Assembly (NCBI GenBank): GCA_020636675.1
Contig: JACJXK010000010.1
Coordinates: 8,583-72,582 of the forward strand
Length of the DNA stretch: 64,000 bases
DNA from: Prevotellaceae bacterium
GTDB lineage: Bacteria > Bacteroidota > Bacteroidia > Bacteroidales > Paludibacteraceae
Reading direction: 5' to 3'
Shown here: in pieces, positions 57,501 through 64,000 of the stretch
How the letters are laid out: every line of letters begins with the position of its first letter
Numbering within the stretch: position 1 is the first letter of the stretch
Position numbers and translations under genes: made by a program
The notes under the pieces: model-generated
Database searches by the model: none
Told to the model about the DNA's origin: nothing
Seen by the model: the letters and a program-made list of their open reading frames with translations, nothing else

Positions 57501-58868
57501 GATGGCGCCGTCTTCCACAAAAATGGCCTTCATGTCTTGTCCGCCAATGTCCAGGATGAACGACACCTGCGGATTGAGTCTGTATGCTGCCGTATAATGG
57601 GCGATGGTCTCTACCATTCCGCAAGAGAGGCCGAAGGCTGTCTTTATCAAGTCTTCTCCGTATCCGGTCGAACAGCTGGCTTTAACTCGGAGGCTCTTTC
57701 CGGCGTTTTTTGCTTCCTGACAAAGGAGGGAAAGCCCCTCTTTGACCGTCTCCAATGATTTTCCTCCGTTCTTTTTGTAGAATGTGAAGAAAATATGGTC
57801 GTCATTGCTGATGGCTACTATTTTGGTGGTTGTGGACCCGGAGTCGATGCCTATGTAGCACTCTTCGTCCTGAATGTCCTTTATCTCCGTTTTTTCTATC
57901 TTATGCAGGGATTTTTCTCTCTTCCATTCGGAACGCTCCTTTTCGTCTACAAATAGAGGTTTCAGTCCGGACGGTGTCCGTTTGAATGGTTTCGCTTCTT
58001 TGAATATGGTGATGTATTCGCTTATCTTTTTCGGACATGACTCTTCTTCTTCCGAGTCCAGACTTGCGCCCCAAGCTGGAATCACGGACGCATTCTCGGA
58101 CAAGACGAGGTCTTCTTCTCCTATTCCCAGCTTCTCTTTGAATGCGGAGCGTAGTGCGGGGATGAATGTCAACGGGCCTCCGCACAAAAATATCTTAGGT
58201 TGTATGTCGCATCCTCTTGATAGCGTAGATATTACTTGTGTGGCTACTGCATGGAATATGGAGGCGGCAATGTTTTCGCGTTTTACATTCAGACTGATCA
58301 GGTTCTGGATGTCTGTTTTTGAAAACACACCACATCTGGATGCTATCGGGTAGATGGTGTCGGCATTCAGCGCTAGCTGGCCTAAGGCGGATGGTGTCAC
58401 GCCAAGTATGGCAGACATTTGGTCGATGAATGCGCCCGTTCCTCCGGCGCAGTTCCCGTTCATCCGGATGTCGGCTTGCCGTTGGCTGTTGAAGAATATC
58501 ATCTTGCTGTCCTCTCCTCCTATGTCAACCAATGTCTTTACCTCCGGATATTTCTTCTCGATGACGATGGTTGCTGCAACAACCTCTTGTACGAATGGTA
58601 TGTTGTACCTTTCAGACAGACCCATGCCTGCCGATCCGGTTGCTGTGATGCTGATGTCGATGTCTCCGAATTCTGATAGGGCTTTCTCCAATGATAGGGA
58701 GAGTGCCAAAGGAATGTTTGCGTGATGTCTGTTGTAGTCTGAGAATAGAATGTTGCCTTTGTGGTCTGTTATGACTAGCTTTAAAGTTGTAGAACCTGCA
58801 TCCAAACCTGCTTTGTACAGATTGTTTGGGTTTGTTCCGTCGCTTTTCTTTTGAAGGGTTTCTGCCAT
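54567..58868 (-). CDS. 1,433-aa fusion: two BadF/BadG/BcrA/BcrD-type activase ATPase modules plus a 2-hydroxyacyl-CoA-dehydratase-related (DUF2229-like) region
   Basis: There are two ASKHA-type phosphate-1 motifs (GLDAGSTTLKLVI; GIDSGSTTTKIVAI). Each module carries the activase-type CAGGTGAFID / CSSGCGSFID segment. A Cys cluster (CVGCENNC) precedes a long C-terminal half typical of 'CoA-substrate-specific enzyme activase' fusions. Confidence 0.87.
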   Translation of the reverse strand: MAETLQKKSDGTNPNNLYKAGLDAGSTTLKLVITDHKGNILFSDYNRHHANIPLALSLSLEKALSEFGDIDISITATGSAGMGLSERYNIPFVQEVVAATIVIEKKYPEVKTLVDIGGEDSKMIFFNSQRQADIRMNGNCAGGTGAFIDQMSAILGVTPSALGQLALNADTIYPIASRCGVFSKTDIQNLISLNVKRENIAASIFHAVATQVISTLSRGCDIQPKIFLCGGPLTFIPALRSAFKEKLGIGEEDLVLSENASVIPAWGASLDSEEEESCPKKISEYITIFKEAKPFKRTPSGLKPLFVDEKERSEWKREKSLHKIEKTEIKDIQDEECYIGIDSGSTTTKIVAISNDDHIFFTFYKKNGGKSLETVKEGLSLLCQEAKNAGKSLRVKASCSTGYGEDLIKTAFGLSCGMVETIAHYTAAYRLNPQVSFILDIGGQDMKAIFVEDGAINRLEINEACSSGCGSFIDNFATSLECNISDFVEKACHSNNPSDLGTRCTVFMNSKVKQCLRENASVEDISAGLAYSVIKNCLYKVLKIKDPKELGEHIVLQGGTMRNKAVVRAFEQLTGKNVIVSNYPELMGAYGAALHAKKRSTNGEFDTISLETLADIKGYETEQLRCVGCENNCQILKNTFGNGKTFYSGNKCEKVYTNKGEKGRLAFNMSLFRNELSFKKNIRLEAEQKPFCTIGIPRALNMYENFQFWNTLLTLNNIEVKTSARSTFRLYEKGLNTVMADNICFPAKITHGHIFDLIEKKVDRILLPYVIYEQQEPQSNNSYNCPVVSGYSDVIRSSINPEGKFGIPLDAPVINFNDKTLLKKACKQYLKTILRDCFFEKQFDKAFKEALCAKEKYELTLHEKAMHLIEKAKEENRFAILLAGRPYHNDQLIQHKISEIITSFGVDVITEDMMRGADKKIEGSHLIPQWSYMNRIMKAAQWVANTNDKVYFVQITSFGCGPDSFIIDEIGDLLHRNGKTYTVLKVDDVNNAGSLKLRIRSLIESLKFKDETELNKSAFHTTPTYEKKDQGKRVLVPFFSEFHSPFIPAAFGLMGCRMENMEPSDEKSAELGLKYANNEICYPATLIVGDCIRALQSGKYDNNNIAFAITQTGGQCRATNYIALIKKALLTAGYDDIPVISVSIMNTINDQPGFELNVKNGAKATIYALLYGDALSKMYYATIVREKTPGIANKLKKEFLDRGIACIEKKDTNKLCKTLEEAAIRFNEAASEKKVARVGIVGEIFIKYNSFGQQHVVDWLIKQGIEPVIPSLIEFFTQYFPNAKFNENSYLDKERSIKGKMLSLLGETWLNRMAHKIDKSAQKFRYYEVNDNIHEEAKHAQKIINLAAQFGEGWLIPAEFASFAERGIHFAISLQPFGCIANHIISKGIEKRLKDTYPDMNLLFLDFDSGVSEVNVLNRLHFLAKQAKEEISK

Positions 58869-59179
58869 GAAATAGATATTCAGCTTTTGCTATTTTTGTT
58901 TACAAAGATAGTGATTTAGTTGTTGCATAAAAATCTGAATTTGATGAAAATGATTTCGGATGGCATGAAAAATTAATCTTTCTGCTCTTTGCTTTTGCTG
59001 TTTCTGAAAGAGACGGAGCTTCGTCTGCCATTTGTTGCCATTTGTTGAATAAAAAAATGGTGGTTGCGGATATTTTTCTTTTGATAGATTATATCTTTGC
59101 ACCTTGGATGCAGACAGAGGCAAGGGTGGATGTCCTGAGTGTGTTTGTTCATTCGTATATCAAATTCAAATAAAAAGGA

Positions 59180-61576
59180 ATGAAAAAAATTTTTTCTTTC
59201 TTCCGTTTGGTGATGAATTTCATAAAGCGGTGTGTTTCATGGTATTTCGGATTGTATAGGAATGCCAAATGGTATAAGAAACTTTTGTTGGGGGGTGCCT
59301 CCTTTTTTGTCTTCTTTATGCTTTTCCTTGGTGCCATAGATGTGAATTTCTTGTGGCTTTTTGGCAAATCTCCGAGCATGGATAATATTGCCAATCCCAT
59401 TCAGGCCGAAGCTTCCGAGATTTATAGTGCTGATGGTGTGGTGATGGGTAAGTTTTTCAGGGAGAATCGTTCGCCTGTCGGGTATAAAGACATTTCGCCT
59501 ATTTTGATACAAACGTTGGTCTGTACCGAAGATGAACGTTTCTATGGACATTTCGGCATAGATGTGCAGGGCCTTTTTTCTGCCACGAAAGATGTCTTTA
59601 GTGGAAAGAAGAGGGGAGCCAGTACCATTACGCAACAGCTGGTAAAGAATATGTTCAAGGTCCGCTCCCAATATTCGAAGGGTTTGTTTGGCTATATTCC
59701 GGGTATGAGCCTTGTGATTATGAAGTTCAAGGAGTGGATATCTGCGGTGAAAATAGAGATGCGGTATGATAAGGACCAAATCATCACGATGTATCTGAAC
59801 ACGGTCGATTTCGGAAGTAATGCTTATGGCATAAAAACCGCCAGCCGAACCTATTTCCAGACCTCACCTCGAAAGTTGAACTATGAACAGTCTGCTACCT
59901 TGGTCGGATTGTTGAAGGCCACAAGCTATTATAATCCGCGCATCAATCCTAAGAATAGTTTGAGTAGACGTAATGTGGTGCTTGGTAATATGTTATCTCA
60001 CGGACACATAACCAAAACGCAATACGATTCGCTGTGTGCTCTGCCTATTGATCTGAAATATGAGGTGGAGTCCAATTATGACGGGAAGGCCTTGTATTTT
60101 CGTGATGCGGTTTTCAATAGCGTGAGGGATACGCTGAAAAGTCTTGGATACGACATCTATTCGGATGGTTTGAAAATCTATACTTCGTTGGATTCCCGTC
60201 TGCAGATGTATGCTGAGAATGCGGTCGTGAAGAAGATGCGCTCCTTGCAGCGCACGTTCAACCGCCATTGGGAAAATGCCAATCCGTGGCAGAATGAGGC
60301 TCATCAGGAGATTCCCGGATTCATAGAGAATATAGCGAAACATGGCGATTATTACAGATTCTTGGATAAAAAGTTTAAACGCAATGCCGACTCCATAGAC
60401 TATTATATGAATTTGCCTCATAAGATGAAGGTGTTCGAGTATCAACGCATAGGTGACAGAGATACGACGGGGCGTGTGGATACGGTTCTTAGTACCATGG
60501 ACTCTATCCGTCATATGGTGAAGTTCATGCATTGTAGTTTTGTGGCCATCGAGCCGCAGACCGGACTGGTTAAGGCTTGGGTGGGTGATGTCGATTTTTC
60601 TTCATGGAAGTACGACAAGGTTACGGCCAAACGTCAGCCGGGTTCCACGTTCAAGATATTTGACTATACGGAAGCGATGAAACAGGGCTATTCTCCTTGC
60701 GACGAACGGGAGGATTCCTACATCGCATGGGAGGTGTGGGATAAGGGAAGACGCGTCAATTGGGCGCCTCATAATGCTGATGGTTATTTCTCCGGGCAGA
60801 CATTCTCATTGAAGGCTGCTTTCGCAAGGTCGTTGAATAGTATTGCCGTGAAAATTTCGCAGGAGGTGGGTGTTCCTAATATTAACCGTACGGCACATGA
60901 TATGGGCATCAAATCTCCGTTGAACGATACGGTGCCGGCTACCTGCTTGGGCGCGAGCGATGTCTCTCTTCTGGAACTGGTCAACTCTTATTGTACGGTC
61001 ATAAACGAAGGTGTGACGCACGAACCTGTTTTGGTGACGAAGATTGTGGACCGTGACGGAAAAGTCATATACAAGGCTCCGAAGACGGACCGACAGGTGC
61101 TGGACTATGAGGTGGCGTTCCTGATGCGAGAGATGCTGCGTGGTGGACTTACGGAGGTGGAAGGTACTACTGCTGCTCTTTGGAGCTATATCCATCCGGT
61201 GTTGGGCGAAACGGATTTCGGAGGAAAAACGGGTACTTCGTCCAACCATTCTGACGCTTGGTTCGTAGGCATCACGCCTAAGTTAGTGGCCGGTTGTTGG
61301 GTGGGAGGCGAATATCGCTGCATCCATTTCCGTTCGGGCGAGTTGGGACAGGGAAGCCGAACGGCTTTGCCGGTGTTCGGCTATTTTGTACAGGATGCTT
61401 TGCAGGATCCGGCATTGGCTGAGTATAGAGGAAAGTTTGGTAAACCGAAACGGAAAATTTCAAGGGAATATAACTGTCAGCGGTATTTCCGCACTACAAT
61501 GGAAGAGGATTCTCTAAGTGCCGACTCTGCTTCTGTGTCTGCCGATGCAGGTGCATTGGATGTTTTAACGGAGTGA
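59180..61576 (+). CDS. mrcA: Class A penicillin-binding protein (PBP1A; glycosyltransferase GT51 plus transpeptidase)
   Basis: GT51 motifs (CTEDERFYGHFGID; RGASTITQQLVKN), transpeptidase SxxK (QPGSTFK), SxN-like (SLNS) and KTG (GKTGTS). Confidence 0.93.
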   Translation: MKKIFSFFRLVMNFIKRCVSWYFGLYRNAKWYKKLLLGGASFFVFFMLFLGAIDVNFLWLFGKSPSMDNIANPIQAEASEIYSADGVVMGKFFRENRSPVGYKDISPILIQTLVCTEDERFYGHFGIDVQGLFSATKDVFSGKKRGASTITQQLVKNMFKVRSQYSKGLFGYIPGMSLVIMKFKEWISAVKIEMRYDKDQIITMYLNTVDFGSNAYGIKTASRTYFQTSPRKLNYEQSATLVGLLKATSYYNPRINPKNSLSRRNVVLGNMLSHGHITKTQYDSLCALPIDLKYEVESNYDGKALYFRDAVFNSVRDTLKSLGYDIYSDGLKIYTSLDSRLQMYAENAVVKKMRSLQRTFNRHWENANPWQNEAHQEIPGFIENIAKHGDYYRFLDKKFKRNADSIDYYMNLPHKMKVFEYQRIGDRDTTGRVDTVLSTMDSIRHMVKFMHCSFVAIEPQTGLVKAWVGDVDFSSWKYDKVTAKRQPGSTFKIFDYTEAMKQGYSPCDEREDSYIAWEVWDKGRRVNWAPHNADGYFSGQTFSLKAAFARSLNSIAVKISQEVGVPNINRTAHDMGIKSPLNDTVPATCLGASDVSLLELVNSYCTVINEGVTHEPVLVTKIVDRDGKVIYKAPKTDRQVLDYEVAFLMREMLRGGLTEVEGTTAALWSYIHPVLGETDFGGKTGTSSNHSDAWFVGITPKLVAGCWVGGEYRCIHFRSGELGQGSRTALPVFGYFVQDALQDPALAEYRGKFGKPKRKISREYNCQRYFRTTMEEDSLSADSASVSADAGALDVLTE

Positions 61577-61660
61577 CTGCTCCGAACTGCCATGTCGCTA
61601 GGGTGGTGTAGTCCGGAAAGTGTAAATTAGTTGTGGAGATAATCCATATTTTTGAAATTA

Positions 61661-62118
61661 TAAGTGATCATGAAAAAACAACTTGCTAAAGTTCAAAACA
61701 TCTTGAAAGCATGCTTTCCGGGCATTGCATTGATAGCAAACATTTCGTAGATTTTTGAACATGATTTCTAAAACGTCTCTTTTTCAACAGGCGTACACTC
61801 GCCTTTGGCCGCGGAGGAGGGGAGGTGCGTGCCGCAGCGTGAAAAAACCTTTTTGCCCGAGGTAAGAGGAAATAAAAAAGGTTTTAGCGGAGGGACGTGC
61901 CGTACCTCCCGGAAAGCGGGCAACAGCGCAGGCACTTTTGCTTACTTTTCTTGCTGGAGAAAAGTAAGTGCCCGTCCGGCAGGAGGACAGAAATGATTGT
62001 CGTGTATGGTGCATTCCTCCGGAATGCGGTTGCCGATGCCTATTTCCCACTCTACAAAGAGACAATGCCTATGGCATTTTGTCAAAATCGACATAAGTTG
62101 TTTTATGCCGATTACTTA
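61661..62118 (+). repeat. Copy C (full length, 458 bp) of the structured GC-rich repeat
   Basis: It is collinear with copy B from taagtgatcatgaaaaaacaacttgc to ccgattactta, with only scattered substitutions and the same orientation. Confidence 0.8.
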
Positions 62119-62131
62119 GTAATGGCTAAAG

Positions 62132-62210
62132 AATAACTTCCGCAACTTTTTGACAGAAACTCTTTGCATTTAAATTTCGGTAAGCAGAAATCTGCGGAAG
62201 TTGTTTTTTT
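62132..62210 (+). terminator. Conserved long hairpin module plus T run adjoining repeat copy C
   Basis: aataacttccgca (62132-62144) pairs with tgcggaagttgtt (62193-62205), followed by a T run to 62210. It is homologous to 48383-48462. Confidence 0.45.
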
Positions 62211-62557
62211 ACTGTTGCATAAAATAAAAGTTGAAAATACATGCTGGATCCGGTTTGTGAAAATTATGTTGTGTTTGGTTCTGTTGTTTAGATTATCAAA
62301 AATCAGAATGTTGAAATGAAAATTCGTTTTATATACTTAATTTATAGAAGTCCCCTTCATTCCTTCTGCTGAAATCGTTACCCACTTAATTTGACACGGA
62401 CCTATGTTTTTTTGTCAATAACAAGAAGCTGGAAATATAGGGACTGTTAATCCGGTGTTAAAAGAAAATGATTTAATTTAAGAAAACATATGGGCAACTC
62501 CTGAGTTTTCATAGTCTGTTATTTTGAAGTACCTTTGTCTGGAAAAAATCGAGTGGT

Positions 62558-63919
62558 ATGAATCTGATAGGCTATATAAAGGATTATCTTCCGTTTTATC
62601 GGAGAAATTTGATTGTTGCCATTCCTGTTGTGTTGTCGCAATTGGGGCAAGGCGTGGTTATTCTTGCCGATTCTATCATGGTGGGTAGTTTGGGTACGAA
62701 TGAGTTGGCGGCAGCTTCGTTTGCCAATGCCATCATATTGGTCGGTTATCTTTTTGTGTTGGGCATTTCGTTTGGTGCTACACCTGTCATAGGTAAACAT
62801 TATTCAGGAGGCAAACATAGGGAAGCTGCCGTCTTGTTTCAGAACTCCATATTGTTGGATATGCTAATTCTCCTAATTGTGGGGGCTGGGCTCTATGTGA
62901 CCTCTTTCTACTTGGATAGGATGGGGCAGGATACTGCAGTTTGTGAACTGGCCGCACCCTATTACCGATGGTTGCTCTATTCATTACCACCTCTTTTCCT
63001 GTTCCAGTCGTTCAAACAGTTTATGGAGGGCATTGGCGATACAAAGTATGCTATGATGATCACCCTCTTTTCCGATGCTCTCAACATTGTGCTCAATTAT
63101 CTTTTAATCTTCGGAAAACTGGGATTTCCGGAGATGGGGATGGTCGGTGCGGGTGTGGCTACGTTTTTAGCCCGGCTGACTATGCCTATCCTTTATCTCT
63201 GTGTTTTTTTCATGAGACCATCGCTCATGCGGTATTTCTATTTTTTCAGGGTGAAGGTTTTTTCCTTGTCCAGACTGAAGAACTTGGGCTCGATAGGTAT
63301 CCCTATCGGATTCCAAATGTTGATAGAGTCGGTTACCTTCAGCCTGTCGGCGGTGATGGTGGGGTGGTTTGGTGCTGCGTCGTTGTCTAGTCATCAGGTG
63401 GCGATGAATCTTTCTTCCATTACGTTTATGATGGTGAGCGGTATATCATCGGCAACTACCATCCGTGTAAGTCATCAGTTGGGGTCCCATGATTATGTTT
63501 CGATGCAGAAGGCCGGTTTCGCCTCCATGCATTTGTGCTCCTGTTTCAACTTTGTCTGTGCCTTGCTTTTCATTCTGTTCAGGTATCAGATACCGTTGGC
63601 GTTTTCCTCCGATCCGGAGGTTGTCGAACTGTCGGCTACGTTGCTCATCATGGCTGCGTTGTATCAGATAGCAGACGGGCTGCAGGTGGTGACTCTTGGC
63701 GCTTTGCGTGGCATGTCAGATGTGAAGGCTCCCATGCGGGTGGCGGTGTTCTGCTATCTGGTGGTGAACCTGCCGGTGGGTTATCTGCTTGGTGTCGTGT
63801 TGGAGATGGGGGCTGTGGGGATATGGATAGGGTTTATCGTCGGTTTGAACTTGGCGGCTGTCTTGTTGATACGTCGATTTATAAAAACATCGTCCAAAAT
63901 AATGGCTGATAATCGATAA
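62558..63919 (+). CDS. MATE-family multidrug/sodium efflux transporter
   Basis: 453 aa with 12 predicted TM segments and NorM-like N-terminal (PVVLSQLGQGVVILADSIMVG) and internal-repeat patterns. Confidence 0.92.
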   Translation: MNLIGYIKDYLPFYRRNLIVAIPVVLSQLGQGVVILADSIMVGSLGTNELAAASFANAIILVGYLFVLGISFGATPVIGKHYSGGKHREAAVLFQNSILLDMLILLIVGAGLYVTSFYLDRMGQDTAVCELAAPYYRWLLYSLPPLFLFQSFKQFMEGIGDTKYAMMITLFSDALNIVLNYLLIFGKLGFPEMGMVGAGVATFLARLTMPILYLCVFFMRPSLMRYFYFFRVKVFSLSRLKNLGSIGIPIGFQMLIESVTFSLSAVMVGWFGAASLSSHQVAMNLSSITFMMVSGISSATTIRVSHQLGSHDYVSMQKAGFASMHLCSCFNFVCALLFILFRYQIPLAFSSDPEVVELSATLLIMAALYQIADGLQVVTLGALRGMSDVKAPMRVAVFCYLVVNLPVGYLLGVVLEMGAVGIWIGFIVGLNLAAVLLIRRFIKTSSKIMADNR

Positions 63920-63924
63920 AAAGA

Positions 63925-63956
63925 GACGCCGTGATCTGTTTGGAAATCACGGCGTC
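63925..63956 (+). terminator. Hairpin after the MATE gene
   Basis: gacgccgtgat pairs with atcacggcgtc (11-bp perfect stem). The T tract is weak. Confidence 0.4.
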
Positions 63957-64000
63957 AGTTCTGGTTCCTTCGTTTGCCTATTTTATCGTTACCATAGTCG

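Noticed and set aside
1-64000. CRISPR arrays, rRNA genes, retron or DGR components, toxin-antitoxin pairs
   Set aside because: I saw no regularly spaced short direct repeats, no rRNA-like sequence, no reverse-transcriptase ORF and no compact two-gene TA-like cassette on either strand.

Overview
This looks like a 64-kb chromosomal segment from a Bacteroidales bacterium. The evidence is TAnnTTTG-type -7 promoter boxes, a PG0541-type small gene behind an RND pump, and a T9SS type-B C-terminal sorting domain. All calls rest on reading the sequence and the supplied ORF track; no database search was possible.

Layout:
- 1-9.2 kb: a decayed redox and nitrosative-stress locus. Thioredoxin-like, TusA/DsrE-like, CoA-disulfide-reductase-rhodanese, hcp and an adjacent Fe-S protein gene are all broken by frameshifts or stops. 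The MarR, cupin and Crp/Fnr (HcpR-like) genes are intact. The locus ends at a 3'-truncated tyrosine integrase next to tRNA-Asp(GTC).
- 9.4-35.6 kb: mostly ordinary housekeeping genes. These are malQ, a WbaP-type sugar transferase, an OM beta-barrel protein, secA, lgt, a flavodiiron protein, nagB, a phospho-sugar mutase, a YbaK-like editing protein, and a TetR-TolC-MFP-RND efflux operon. Two unusual genes sit among them: a vWA/coiled-coil/DUF3883-like protein, and a radical-SAM(HemN-like)-Nudix-NrtR fusion preceded by a perfect 21-bp inverted repeat.
- 36.8-47.8 kb: one about 3,660-aa secreted protein built from at least 24 HYR/Ig-like Cys modules with a T9SS type-B CTD.
- 48.5-64 kb: a nonsense- and frameshift-inactivated DHA2-type MFS gene, a secreted hypothetical, a Wza-like/Wzz-like pair, a 1,433-aa double-activase fusion protein, PBP1A and a MATE exporter.

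The signal I consider most worth following is a GC-rich, hairpin-dense repeat of about 0.46 kb with imperfect terminal inverted repeats. It is present in three direct copies (about 35.95, 47.91 and 61.66 kb). Two of these bracket the giant adhesin gene, and each lies 5' of a plus-strand export or secretion gene. I could not match it to any RNA or IS family I know. No CRISPR array or rRNA gene was seen.
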